This document shows positions 1 to 29,120 of a DNA stretch of 64,000 nucleotides, one piece after another. Numbering within the stretch: the first letter of the stretch is position 1; each line of letters begins with the position of its first letter. The position numbers and the translations under genes were made by a program. The stretch covers positions 650,912 to 714,911 of the forward strand of contig CM119265.1 of assembly GCA_051294375.1 (NCBI GenBank), written 5' to 3'. The DNA comes from Paraspadella gotoi (lineage: Eukaryota; Animalia; Chaetognatha). The notes beneath the pieces are model-generated. The model was not told the origin of the DNA and made no database searches. It saw only the letters and a program-made list of their open reading frames with translations.

Positions 1-3000
1 ACTTTGTCATAACACTTAAAATCAACAAGCATATCAATAATTGTTTGGTCCTTGTCTGCCAACATTTGAATATCTCTCAAGCTTTGAACCTGACTTGTCA
101 AAAACTTGATTGTTTCTTTACTTCTAAAGTGAAAAGCTAAAGAAAAGGGGGTCTCGCCATCAACGTTTTGCTCAAAGATGTCAGCACCTTGGCTTATTTT
201 CTCCTGAAGCTCATTAACCCTATTTAAACTTGCTAAAAGATGTGTAGACTCTATGACGGAAATTACCATGGAAACCTCAGTTGGTTTTTCTTTTTTATAC
301 AGAGGAAAAAGCATTTTAATTTCCCCCAGGTTTCCAAAAAGTTGCAAAATTGTTTTCTTCAAACTGCTGCTAGCATCAAGGATGGTCAATAGCTTGGATA
401 AAACGAATATACTTTCATTTTCATCCAGCGCGTTAACATTGACATTTCCATCCATGGGCCATACCTCATCCCAAGCCCTCCATAAAGCCAGTTGGTTATC
501 CTCATCGTCGCAATGAAAGATGGCACCTCGTTTAAGAAACTCGTGAAATGAATTAAAGGATCCAGATTTTGATGCCAAAACTAAAGGAGTTAACTTTGTT
601 TTTGGATCCCGAATTGAAATCCAGTGAGGATGTGAGTCAAGAATCTCCAGAACTTTGGAAACTTTGTCTTTTCTGATGTCTTTAAAAAACTAAAGTAAAC
701 AAAAATATGTTTTACATACATGGTGTTATTACAAAATTTTACTCTGAACCATATTACCTTATTGAGGACTTCAGGATCAGACTGCAGTAAACTTTTTATT
801 TTGTGATGCTTTGCAAAGTGCAAAGCTGAGACATTGAATCTATTTGTGGCATTCCAATTAACTCCATTTCTTAGCAATTCTTCAACGGCTTCTTCATTGT
901 TATGCTAAAAAGGAAAATGAAAATGTTTAACATTGAAATAATAATATATCTATGAGAATAGCTTTACAAAAAATGTGAAATGATAGATTTTCAGTTAATA
1001 CTTTGTGAAATCGCCCAAACACATTTTCATCCTTGAGTTATGAAATAGCTTATGAATCATCAGAAAGCCTTAAACTTATTAATGATCAATAGAGAGACTA
1101 AGGGGTCGATGGCCGAGATAACCGAGGGTTCTCGAGACTCTCCTCAATATCCAAACTAAAAAAAGAATCCTTTGTGGCGAATACTAAATTCGCTTCCCGT
1201 ATAACTTGGTGAGACTCAACTAAGTACTCATTCACCAACCGTTAGTTCCGGGTTCAATCCCTTCACGGTCACGCTGGTTAAAGTGTCATGGTGTCGGCAT
1301 AAACACGCCAGTGATCTGGGATAGTCACTGCAGGTCCAAAGCCCTGAACGCCAGCTGTCGGGAGATACCTCACACCCCGGGCATCACACATGTCCCTCGT
1401 TGCCATACCTTCTTCATTTAATTATTGAATTATTAATTATTTGTCATCACCTTTGTCGTAACCTTAGTTATTATGTCGTCATTAACTTTATCATTTTTCA
1501 TCATTAATAAAACTATTGCCAACCTAATAAATTACCCTCGTTATTTGATTAAACATCGACGTTATATCATCAACGGAATGGACCTATAAACGGACTTGGT
1601 TGCCCTAGTGATGTGATTGCTCGTCTCCTTCATGAATCACCAGAATGCCGACGAATCACAGACCTTACTTCAACCTTAGATTGACCAATGACCGACAGAG
1701 GAACCGACGGAGGGATTGATGGTCAAAATTGCTAAGAGAACTCTGGGCATTCACCTCTACACCCAAACTCAAGAAAGAACTCTTCTTCAAATAATTATTG
1801 AACTGTTTAATATTGTCATCACCTTTGTCTTAACCTTTGTCATCGTGTCATCGTTACCTATGTCATCACCTTAATCATTGTCCGTCATTAATAAAACCAT
1901 TGCCAACCAAATACTTTGCTACTTATTATTTACCCACGTTATTTGACTAAACGTCAACGATATTAAGGGTTAACCATATAAAAACATTACTGACCTTGAC
2001 AGCTTCAATTAGTAAAGTTGTCTCTTCTTCTCCCATCTTTTCATTTAATCTTCTCCAGCCTCCATTTTCAATCAATTGTTGAATGACCTCTCTGCCAGCT
2101 CCTTGAGCAATTGCAACACTCATTGGAGTCTCTCCATTTTTGTCTTCCACATCGACAACCGCTCCTCTCATTATGAGTTCATCGACAACATTGTAACTCT
2201 CATTTTGTAGCGCGCCCATTAGGGGTGTGCCGAGCAAAGATTTTGACCGGGCTTCTATCCATGACGGGTGAGCATCCAATACTTCTTCAACAGTTTTCAC
2301 ATCCTTGTTCTTGATGGCTGCAAAAAACTGGGTTTAAAAAAAGGGTTGAGCGGAATTGAATCATTTGTAGAAATGGTCATTGAGTTGAAATTAAGCTAAC
2401 AAATTACTTAATTATTTATCACAGTATAGAAATGGATTTACCTTTCTCAGTCCTTCTCTTGTTGAAGCTCCCATCTTTCTTATTTCCATTGCTTCTGAAT
2501 CTTCTTTGCTTCTTAAGTCTTTCCATTTGGTGTCGGCGCCAGCAACAATTAAAGTTTCGATCAAATCTTCATCATTTGCTTTCATCGCTTCTTTAAGGAT
2601 TGACATTCCCACTTCTGGCTTAATCAAAACCTGATATATATATATATAGAGCTATGACAAAATATTTTGTAGATAAGGCACAAATGGCATTGTAGATGGT
2701 CTCATGGAACAGGCTTAAGGGGTCTGTCTATACGTTTCTGGTTTGATTGCTGGCAACATAATTTACAAACAGAATTATTGTCATCACCCGACTAATAGAA
2801 ACATATTAATTATCATCATATTCTCGTGTATTCTATGTTAATGATATAAATAAGTGGTAATGAAACTCCATTATTAAAACAATCCTATTCTTTACAAAAT
2901 TTTCAGTCAAAATTAAAATTCCAAACTCAAATGTTCCTTCTTCGCCTCTTACCTTCCATCCTCCAGCGGCCAAAACTAACCCGACTATTTCCTTCCCTTT

Positions 3001-4353
3001 CCTTCTTTTATCATCTCCCGCTGACAAATCAGCGGCTGCCTTGACCGCCGCTGCTAAAGCAGATTTCCCGCCAAAATTGCTGCTAACGTTTCCTGTTGAA
3101 AGAGAACACTTTTCTTAATCTTAATTAAATCATCTAAATTTAGAATAATTCAGATTAAGATATTAAAAGCTAAATCTTTACTTTTTTGGTTTTTTAGTGG
3201 ATGGACAGTAGGTATTAGATTATTATATTATATTACTTATAAAAAAATCTTAATCATAGATCCATTCATCTTAATAAACCTTCAGCTCCTTTTTCAACTA
3301 AAAAGGCTGCGACATTGGCTGCCCCTTTTTCTGCGGCCCAAAAAAGGGGAGATGGCACATCGGGCATTTTTTTCCATTGGGCTTCGATCCATTTAGGGTT
3401 GAGGGTGAGAATCTTGACCACAAGGGCTGAGTCATCTGCGTCTATGGAAAAGTAAAGATCCTGAAGGAAAATAAAAACCGATTTGTTTTAGACAAAATAA
3501 CTTTCTGTTGAGGCGACTTACCACCGGTCTCTCTCTCTAAACCCTTCCTCTCTCCTCTTTCTCCGAGCCGGTCTATTCCACACGGTCACTTTGCCCTAGC
3601 TTTGGCAATGACCTTAGATTGACCGGACACAGTAATAGGGCCGAGGCGACCGTAAGGTCAAGTTGGTCCGGGCGATGATAAAAGTGGATCAGGAGAGAGC
3701 TCGTCTCACTTCTTTTCTACTTCTCTTACATCGTCACAATTCTTCACCTTCTCCTCACTTTTATTATTACTATTTTCGTCTTCTACACTGTATTCATTAC
3801 TTAGTCTGAGTCTGATAGTATTTTTTTAATAAGTTTGGCAAAATAAAAATTAAAAATTTAAAATAAAAGGAACAAAATGTAGTTAATGGGATACAGAGCC
3901 TCAGATATAGTACTTCTTATCTGATTTATCTGGTCTTCAATTTTAAATGAACTTATATTTAATCAATTGTCATTTATGCATTGCTACAAAAATAATTCTG
4001 ATTTTAATTTTGCCCGTATATTTAGGAAAAACAGTTTTAATGGTGCAGCAACGTATGTATTGACAGTTTAGTCGTACATGTTTCGACTCTGGTTTAACAG
4101 TCTTCTTCAGCGTTTATAATCGACTTGTTTTTTCTCTTTAACATTATTTTTGGAGAGAGTTTTTGCCCTTAAAAAAATTTAAATGGTTCAGAATTGAGAT
4201 CCGTCAGATGTTATGCTTTATCTAAAATTGAATAAAAAACTAATTTATTAATTAACTTCCTCTTTTTTTTCTCTTTTCTCTTTTTTTCATATTTACCTTT
4301 ATTGTAAAACTTCCTGCACCGAGATTTGTGGAGGAATTAAGTTCATTTTCCAT
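1..4353 (-). CDS. Multi-exon ankyrin-repeat protein, 3' end outside the window. Exons 4353-4297, 3460-3280, 3092-2953, 2630-2442, 2327-1995, 904-758, 689-<1
   Basis: Exons join in frame across GT-AG introns from ATG at 4353 (MENELNSS...). Ankyrin motifs: SPLFWAAEKGAANVAAFLVEKGAE, GTPLMGALQNESYNVVDELIMRGAVVDVEDKNGETPM, SALHFAKH, LTPLVLASKSG, GADIFEQNVDGETPFSLAF. Confidence 0.85.
1173..1407 (+). mobile_element. Solo-LTR-like element with internal tRNA-like Pol III box (family A)
   Basis: Termini TGTGGC...GTTGCCATA, 4-bp TSD CCTT (1169-1172 and 1408-1411), B-box GGTTCAATCC. Similar along its length to 13267-13523. Confidence 0.7.
4070..4118 (-). ncRNA. Minimal type-I hammerhead ribozyme motif (Penelope-associated type)
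   Basis: Minus strand reads ataaacg-CTGAAGAA-GACT..AGTC-GAAAC-AT-GTA: catalytic core, stem II, and palindromic mini stem III. Confidence 0.6.
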
Positions 4354-4535
4354 TTTTAATTCATTTTATAATTCAACGCAGCAAATATGAGAAATAAATT
4401 TTACTTTCATTTAAAATTTTTGAGTTAAAAATTTTCGGTTAAAATTTGGAATTCGTTATTAAAAGATATTTTAAAAGACAGGTTTTGAGAAAAATGCTGA
4501 TTTAAGAAAGTAAGAAGGAAAGAATGTAAAAAAAA

Positions 4536-5259
4536 AGTTTGAGCATACAATGTCGGATCTGCCTACGATAATTAACCGGTTGTAAGCTAATCCGATGATA
4601 AATCTGACTTTCAATTTTTGATCTTAACAGATCATAACAAATCGTAACATAACTCATAACAGATTTCATAATAAATATATGTAAGAGTGATGGGGGCCTT
4701 AAACCACCAAAGCCTGTCCAAAGTCAGGGGTAAGATAGCTTATTTATTAAATGAATGGATAATTTTTATATTGGTTGTACCAATTTCATAATTTGGTCAG
4801 CTGGCATAATCTGATCAATCAATCTATCAATCAGCGAGAGATAACGAGAGAGAAACTTTAAAAAATTCAAATAAATATGTCTTTTGATTTTCTATTTTAA
4901 ACTTTTTTCCACTCCTACGATTCCATCATTCCATTTAAGTAAATATGACTTTTGTTTTTTCCATTTAAACACATTTCCACTCGCACGATTACCTCGAAAC
5001 TTTATGTCCAACTCAATCACACTATTTCCTAACCACACACAAAATTTCATTACAATCACGAGTAATTGGAGTTTAATGAAAAGGTAGGACGGACCTTCAA
5101 ACAGACGGATGGACGGACATCGTTTTATTTGCATAATTTATCATAATCCGATGTTCTTACATGATTTAAGTGAATGCCCAAAAAGATTAGGGGGGGACCG
5201 ACGGACCGACAAAGTGGATTATAGAGAGTCGGGATCTGCTGATAAGAAGATCCGACTAA

Positions 5260-5260
<1 letters not shown>
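4536..5260 (-). mobile_element. Non-autonomous Helentron/DINE-1-like element
   Basis: Subterminal inverted repeat gtcggatctgc at both ends, adjacent hairpin gatctgctgataagaagatccgact, (GGAC/GGAT)n microsatellite, A/T-run flanks. Same family as 28125-28850, 51128-52335 and 53600-54010. Confidence 0.6.
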
Positions 5261-5291
<31 letters not shown>

Positions 5292-5505
5292 AAAAAAGTA
5301 AGAAATAAAAAAAGAAAGAAAAATCATTTTAATGACAATGATGATGATGTTTATGTCGACGATGATAAAAACTGAAGGTCATAATCCTCCTTATAACCAC
5401 AAATTGAAATAATTATCACGATTTATCATCTGATTACCTAATTACCGCTTAATTATCGACATTGTTTGCCAAAACTTGTTTTTCCATATTTTAACCTGTT
5501 TACTA

Positions 5506-5572
<67 letters not shown>

Positions 5573-5581
5573 TCTCTTTAG

Positions 5582-21346
<15,765 letters not shown>

Positions 21347-21362
21347 TCTTTCTCTCTCTTTC

Positions 21363-21399
<37 letters not shown>

Positions 21400-22205
21400 A
21401 TCTACTAATTTCTTTCCAATCCTAAAAAAATCTCCGCTGTTGTTGCGTCTAATAAAATGAGCCAATAATAAATACGCGCGATATGTTCTACTTTTTGAAC
21501 ATAATTATCAATACTCTATAAAAAATTAAAATCTGTTGTAACAATTTTATGTTATAGTCAGAGTATGTTATGTTTGAACAAACAACAGAGAATGTTACAA
21601 TATTAATAGTCCATGGGTGTTGTACCTTAATGTGCCAAACTTTATTCTTTGTAGGAGTTAATTTTCTGTTTCCTTTCAATCTTCTGTATTTAATATTTTA
21701 AGCTACACTAGTTTGATTTTAGCTTAAAAATTTTGTCGATATTAATTAACCAGTGAGGTTAAAAATCGTGTTTTTTAAATGTATTTCAGAAATTGAATTT
21801 ATATGTAATTGAACTTAGCTAGAAACATTATGTTTTTTCAAATGTTAAAATGAGTATTAATCATTTTACTGGAAAACCTGGTTTTAGACCAAGTCTGTTT
21901 GTTGGAGGCACATAATATCTTTAATAAAATTTTACCACAAATCCCTTTTTGCACCAAAGAAAGTCTTCACTTTAGTGGTGAAGAAAATCTCTTATGCTCT
22001 CTTTTATAGTAATAATAATTCCTTGTCAAGCAGATTCATAGACAAAAAACTTCACAAACACAAATTATAGTAAATATTTGAAGTACAAATTTACCTTCTG
22101 TAAAACATTTGGACCTTATCAGTACCAGCCCTCTTTATCAAATAAATACAAAAAAGTAATAACAAAAAATGTAAAACATTCAGCCATTAACCTTCTTCCC
22201 TTAAA

Positions 22206-22670
22206 AATGGACACATTCAAATGGAAACTTCCAAATGGAAACTTTCAAATTGAAACATCCAAATGGAAACTTCCAAATGGAAACTTTCAAATTGAAACAT
22301 CCAAATGGAAACTTCCAAATAGAAACTTCCAAATGGACACATCCAAATGGAAACTTCTAATTAAAAACTTTCAAATTGAAACATCCAAATGGAAACTTCT
22401 AAATAGAAACTTCTAAATGGAAACTTCCAAATGGACACATCTAAATGGAAACTTCTAAATATAAACTTCCAAAGGAAAACTTTCAAATTGAAACATCCAA
22501 ATAGAAACTTCTAAATAGAAACTTCCAAATAGAAACTTCCTAATGAAAACTTTCAAATAGAAACTTCCAAATGGAAACATCCAAATGGAAACTTCTAAAT
22601 AAAAACTTCCAAATGGAAACATCCAAATGGAAACTTCTAAATAGAAACTTTCAAATGGAAACTTCCAAAT
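22206..22670. repeat. 14-bp-unit minisatellite (aaatggaaacttcc and variants), ~33 copies
   Basis: Visible tandem array; it produces the spurious repetitive ORF 22078-22416. Confidence 0.9.
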
Positions 22671-23915
22671 TATGACTTTGCATTGAACTCACATTGACTC
22701 ACCGACTTGTCTTTTCCCTCAACTACTTTCTATGAAAAAACTACCACAAATTAAGAATGCTGCTAATAAAATACAATTATGTCTGATTTTAGTAAGTTTT
22801 TTTTTTAGTCATGGATATTGATAATCGAAGCACGTTCGATTTTTATTCCATTTAGGCATTCATCGTTAATTCTTTTTTGTCTTATCCTGGTTATTGTTTT
22901 TTACCCCGTCTCGTATTAATGAATATGAATTTAGTTTACCAACCAAAGATTAGAAAAAAAAATGCTCAAAAAATTTTAAATCTTACAAAAAATTTTAAAA
23001 GAAACTTTGTTGATTTTTTGTCGTCATTGTTTGGTGTTTAATGTTCATCCCCTTAAGCACATTCTCTTCCCCTCGTCATCGTCCGAAAATAAAACAAAAT
23101 TTTTCAATATTTTTAATTTTTAAATTTGACATTAAGTTTAGGCCAAATTGTAATAAATTAAGGATACCTTGAATGGTATCTTTTTATAGCTATCTCTTTT
23201 CTACAATTTTTTTCAAGCTAAAATAGATAATTTTTATTATTAGTTAAAATTACTCTTACTTACAGCTTTTCTTTGCAATCAAAATCTTAAAACTTTTTAA
23301 TGTACATATAATAAAGTAATGCCAAACTTTCAATATAAAATCCGAGTTGGCATAATAAGAGTAACACAAAACAAATTGATTGAAAGTATGCATCATTCAT
23401 AATTTCTCAGTACCAGAAAAATAGTAATTAGTAATTTATAAGTATTTATTAGTAATTTGTAACTCCTTATTAGTAATTATCATTTTTTAACATCGCATTT
23501 TCCCCATTCTTTGTCACCAGTGTAGCACCTACGGAGTGACGGCTTGGGTTACGGCAGTAGTTTTTAAAGAGTCCATCTTCTCGATTGTTAAAAAGAATTA
23601 AGAACATTCATAATTTATCACCAGTTTATAAAACAGCTCATTTCTTTGAGATTATGAAAATGTATTACAAAATCATTCCTACACAATGTACACATAATGT
23701 ACAACATTTACGTTTTATAGTAAGAGGCATCTTTCATCTTTCAAAAATAAAAAACAAGATTTTAAACAAACATGACTGGCAAAGGAACTAAATGCACTAA
23801 TCAAGTCTCAAGATAAGTCAATCTTTCTCACGCTTACATTCTTGGACGGTATTTAAGGTTGGGTGCTTGCTTCCAATCTTGACAGGTTTTTCCATTCACA
23901 GTCAAGCCTACTCAT

Positions 23916-24527
23916 TAAGGCGTAGTAAAATTCCTAAGTTTAACTTTAATTAAAATTCTAAAAGTGAGGAACGAACAATATTATACTTATGAACATTTAT
24001 GTATAAAAAAAATTTATAATAAATTTTACAATTTATGCAGTAGGCCATATTTATACTAGCACTAAACCAATAAATGTTAAAATTTCAAAACAGTTTTTTC
24101 TAAGATTTTTTTGCAGATTTGGATTCGTCATAAAAAGTTGATAAAAAGAAATATAACTCTTTTTGAAAAATTCCTTCATTAAGTGGGTCAAAAATTAGAA
24201 AAAGCTATATTTTAAACTGAAAATTAATTTTTTATATATTAAATATAGTTTTTTTAATTTTTACCCCACTTAATGAAAGAATTTTTAAAAATGAATTATA
24301 TTTTCTTTTATCAACTTTTGACGAGGAATTCAAATCTGCAATCAAAATTAAGAAAAGCCTATTTTGAAATTTTTCAATTTTATAAGGATAGTATTATATA
24401 TAAATATAGCCTACTGCGAAAATTAAAAAACATAAAATTAATTTTTTTTACAAATTAATGTTCACTGATGGTATGTTGTTCATAATTGACTTTTAGAATT
24501 TTCGTATGTAACTTTCACTACGCCTTA
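23916..24527. mobile_element. hAT-type MITE (612 bp, largely self-complementary)
   Basis: Terminal inverted repeats (TIRs) taaggcgtagt/actacgcctta, 8-bp TSD ctactcat (23908-23915 and 24528-24535), internal inverted symmetry. Confidence 0.85.
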
Positions 24528-24528
24528 C

Positions 24529-24738
24529 TACTCATGGACGGTATTTAAGGTTGGGTGTTTGCTTCCAATCTTGACAGGTCTCTTTCCATTCACAGTCAAG
24601 CTTACTCATGGACGGTATTTAAGGTTGGGTGCTTGCTTCCAATCTTGACAGGTCTTTCTATTCACAGTCAAGCTTACTCATGGACGGTATTTAAGGTTGG
24701 GTGTTTGCTTCCAATCTTGACAGGTCTTTCCATTCACA
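24529..24738. repeat. ~72-bp tandem repeat (3 copies, plus a 4th at ~23835-23915) derived from the 3' end of a kringle exon
   Basis: Unit tactcatggacggtatttaaggttgggtg...ccattcacagtcaagct. On the minus strand it encodes TVNGKTCQDWKQ(T/A)PNLKYRP. Confidence 0.9.
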
Positions 24739-26792
24739 ATCACTGATTTTTTCCCTGATAATCAACTCCTTTTGGCAAATAGTAGCATTCCAAGCTCTCG
24801 ACACGGTCTCTCTTTCCCGATGGCCTGAAGCCCATCTTCTCATTGGTTGATCTCCGGAGGTGATTCATCCAATCGGTGAGTCTTTGGTTGATTTCATCCG
24901 AGTCTCTGATCCGGTTCGATTCCGATTCCGATTCCATTTCTTGGCTTTGATTCCACCTTCGATGATAAATTGATTTATATATATTTATATAGTTTGTATC
25001 ATTTCAAAAAGTTTGAAATAACTTTTCTGATTGAATAAATTATATATGTCATATCATTTAATTGTTAATATGATTAACAAATAATGATCCCCCTGAGTGA
25101 AATATACTTTACATGCAGAATTGGTTTTTTGCTACATACATTTATTCATTACCAAAAAAAATATTTTATACCTCATAACAAAATTTGGCATAGCAGTCTT
25201 CACGTATTTCAAAAGTACCTCAAGACCTTCCATAGGGAATCTGGAAAGACAAAACTTAATTGGTGCAGTCGTATTTAGTCTTCAGTAAAGCGTATCAAAA
25301 TATTAAACTCAGGTAGAATCAAAATTCGAATAGTAGATCATGAACAGTAGCGCGGAGTATAAATACATGAAATGATAAAGGACATCTTGTGCCCTCCTCA
25401 TTTTTTGAAACACATGTAAAACTATTTCCTAAGATCAACAAATCAAAAATTCGCTTGGTCAATTTTCCCGTTCTATCGATTTTATAATGCGATAAGATGC
25501 AAAAAAATCGTAAAAAAAAGCAAATTTAAAAATAAAATAAAAGTGGTTAATATTATTAATTTAAGTAAATTATAACTATATATAACTGTTTTCTACTATA
25601 TTGTATAAATATTGTTTAAATATTATGTAAAAATTGTATTTTTTTTGGAAAATACAAAAAATTTTGAAAAATAGGAAAAATGGTTAATCAGATAGTTTTA
25701 ATCAAATATATATGAAATAAAGTGATTTATAACTGTTTTAATTTGTAAAAAGTTACTTTATCTAAGAATTTTTAATTAATGTATAAAGTTTTGTATTTTT
25801 TTAAACTACAAAAAATAAAGCAAAATAATAAACTAAGCATTCAGGAAACTAATGAATTTATGGATTTAGTCAAATGGTGTTTAAAACTTAAAAAAATAAA
25901 TTATAAAACATTATCCTGTTAAAAAAATCCTCTTAAGATAAGAGAGGTGTTGGTTATGATACAAAAAGAATCAGCCATTTCACCCACAGTAGCTACCTTA
26001 CATTATTCTTGCCTTTAAGTCAAGTTTATTGAGTTTGAGATAAGAACAGAGAACAGAAAATGGGACAGAAACGTGATGGTAAAATCCAATTTAATTACTT
26101 CGAATTATCTTGTCATTGAGAAAAATTAGGAAGGCTTAATTATGCGAATCAATTGAACTCAAATCAGAAGATTGACACAGAGATAAATAAGATAAAGAGA
26201 GAGAAAAAAAGTTTTAAAAAATCAGTTTACAACTATTTTCAGAAATATCATAAACAATTTGAGCAATGTCGGATCTGCCTACGATAATTAAGTGGAAATC
26301 AGCTAATCTGATGATAAATCACGTCCATTCTTTCTAACTTTCAGTTTGTCATCTTAACAGATCATAAAAAATTATAACATAACAAATCATGACATACTTT
26401 TTTATAAATCTACGAAAAAATCTATAAATCAATTGACCTGTCAATGAACCAGTAGCTGCGCCAATAATAACTTGCATAATTTGGTCAACTTGGTTCTACT
26501 ATATCCCGTGTCCATTCGCGAGGGATACCAAAAAAATGAGTACCATTTCTCATTGGATAAATATTTTTTAAATTTTCTTTTATCATTCTATAGAAAAGTA
26601 ATTGACGTTTATTATATTTTAATTTCATAAGATTAATTTGATATTTACTTAAGTAAAACAACGTTTCTTTAATAGTCATTCAATTTCATCTTCAGTAAAA
26701 AACTGAATCTTTTAAAAAAAGAAAATAATTCTAAATTAATTAATTACTTAAAATTATTAAAATTCATTTACACCATTAAATTAAGAATTATC

Positions 26793-27064
26793 TGGGAATC
26801 CTTACGATATCACCCCGCATGACACCTTCAGTCGTGACCCGGTGGCACATTGAGTAAAGCTATCAGCTCATGACCACTAGGTACCGGGTTCAATCCCAAC
26901 CCGGTACCTACACTGCAGGAAGTGTGAGGACGGCCGTAAGCTGCCTTGGGGGCGTGGAAAACCCTCAAGCCTGGTTCCAAGCCCAGGATCCGTTCCATGG
27001 CTGCTAGAGGGGGTTATAGAAGTTACGGATAGTCATCTTCAGCCCACTTAGCGCCTTATCCACA
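26793..27064 (+). mobile_element. tRNA-containing element family B copy
   Basis: A-box-like ggtggcacattgag, anticodon-loop-like ctcatga, B-box ggttcaatcc. Ends ttatccaca like the intact copy; the 5' terminus is degraded. Confidence 0.7.
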
Positions 27065-28124
27065 GATGTAAATTTTTTAAAAAATACAATCAAGAATACG
27101 ACTGAAATCTTTTTTCGCCAATTTTACTGTGTTAGATAAAAAATTAAACATAGATAAGTAAATGAATTAAACACGAAATGAAACTTATACATAAAAACAT
27201 AAAAATTTATTGATATACTAATATACTAATGATATACTTATGAATTATATTTATTAAATATTTACAGTATATTAAAAATTTTTTGGTGTCACTCCCGAAC
27301 GGACAAGTTGAAGTTCTACCAAATGCTAAATCAAGTTTAAATGCACTCGTTACTCCCATGCATCTTAAACAAGAATTTAACTCTATATGAGAAGATAATC
27401 CACAATTATCATTCAAAGAATAATTATCTTGTCGACATTTAAGATTGATTACTTTGATGACTGATGAGTGATGACATATTTACACAGTGCAACCACTAAG
27501 AAAAATCCACGATTTTTTTCTATCTTGTTCAAAAAAGGTTATTTGGAAATTTATTACAATTGAGCGATATCTTTTTTTATTAAAATTGTGTATAAAAAGT
27601 ATTATTTACAGAATAATGACTAAGGTTCGGAACAGAAAATTATTTTGTTGTAACCCTAAATAATCTGATTTCATTTAAAAAAAAATTTATGATTCAAAAA
27701 AATTGAAAAAAAAATCCAGAACTTAATTTTTTTTCCAATTTATTCATTTTTTTTATCCAAAATCAGTTTAAAAGATAAAACACGTGAGAGAATTTGCTTA
27801 TTACTGATTACAGCTCTTATGGAATCATTCCAAAAGATTGACAGAAATATATATTTTTTGCCTTAATCCACAAAAGAGACTTGATTAACTTTTATCAAAT
27901 TGTTATTCATAGTTGCTTGTAGCAAAACAAAGCAGATCATAAATAGTTATAAAAAAGAAATTTTCATCACTATTTAATTTTTTTTTGGTTCAGAGTGATT
28001 CAGTTTTTATGTTAAAGCAAATACAGTTTTTAGATTTATGTTTTTAATTTTCAGAATTTACAACAAATTAACTTTTTTTAACTGCTTTGCCATGAGTAGG
28101 ATTTTCTCAAATTGAAGTAAACAA

Positions 28125-28850
28125 ATTTAAGCAAACAATGTCGGATCTGCCCACGATCATTATCGGTAATTAATTAATTACTAATTAATTAATTATTTAA
28201 TTAATAATAAATTCAAGTTAATTAATTATTTAATTAATTAATAATTAATTTATTCAAGTTAATTATTTAATTAATTAGGCAGTTAATTGATTAATTTGAT
28301 CCAAAATGTTTTTTTTGATTGATTAATTGACTGATTAATAAATTATTGATTAATTACTTGACTAATTGATTAATTAACTAATTAATTATTTGATTAATTA
28401 ATACATCTTGCATTTACATTTAAAATAAAAAGAAGCATAATCAATTAGTGAAACAGGTTCTTTGTTTTTTCATTTTAAACTCATTTCAACTCTAACGATT
28501 CTATCGAAACTTGATTTCCAGTTTAATCAGACTTTTCCACCCAAATAAAAAATTTCAAGACAATCGCCGCAATCCACCAATGAGTAATTGGTGTTTAAAT
28601 AGTGAAATATATTTTTTTGTTTTTTCCATTTTAACTCATTTTACTTGGACGATTCCATCAAAACTTCACATCCAGCTCAATCACACACTTCCCTGCCCAC
28701 GCACATAATTTCATTCCAATCCATCCATCCAATCACAAGTAATTATCATGATTCGATGTTCTGACATGATATAAGTGAATGCCCAACATGATTGAGTGGG
28801 TGGACCGACGGACCGACAAAGTGAATTATAGAGTCAGGATCTGCTGAAAG
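28125..28850 (-). mobile_element. Non-autonomous Helentron/DINE-1-like element
   Basis: Begins aaacaatgtcggatctgcc and ends ggaccgacaaagtgaattatagagtcaggatctgctg, with an internal AT-rich (taat)n tract shared with 51128-52335. Confidence 0.6.
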
Positions 28851-29069
28851 CAGTTGAATGTTATGCCTTATCCTCCCTATTTTGGATATCTTTCTCTCAA
28901 AATTAAGCGTTCGGTCAATTTTCGCGCGCGTTTTTCAAAGTAAGAGAGAGATTTCCTGATTAGTTTTTAGTCTCATTTATAAGGAAAAAGTTTAGATTGT
29001 GATGCAGCAACGAATTTATTTATTTATAATTAATTATTTAATTATTGAAACGTTTCACAACTGTCTCTA

Positions 29070-29120
29070 ATTTCGCTGATTAAGGTTCGTAAACCGAACC
29101 GAAACATGTCCGTTTATAAA
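29070..29120 (+). ncRNA. Minimal hammerhead ribozyme motif (one core substitution), enclosed by a ~35-bp inverted repeat
   Basis: cg-CTGATTAA-GGTTCG-taaac-CGAACC-GAAAC-AT-GTC-cgtttat. Flanking inverted repeat at 28997-29029 and 29114-29147. Confidence 0.55.

Larger units (their letters stand above)
23480..24957 (-). pseudogene. Decayed kringle-domain gene fragment (two-exon kringle)
   Basis: Minus strand gives ECYYLPKGVDYQGK/(frameshift)/VNGKTCQDWKQTPNLKYRP, then a second exon EDGLFKNYCRNPSRHSVG/(frameshift)/CYTGDKEWGKCDVKK*, with TGA where the last Cys is expected. It is interrupted by tandem repeats and a MITE. Confidence 0.7.

Noticed and set aside
22078-22416. Repetitive protein (KWKLPNGNFQIETS)n
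   Set aside because: It is an open frame through a 14-bp minisatellite, with no splice signals or domain similarity.
24740-24937. Neuropeptide-precursor-like motif RR-STNEKMGFRPS-GKR
   Set aside because: No signal peptide was found, and the frame runs straight into a kringle (ECY..G.DYQG) of a decayed gene, so it is probably linker sequence.
26830-26910. Functional tRNA-Met gene
   Set aside because: There is no proper acceptor stem or cloverleaf, and it is embedded in a repeated mobile element.
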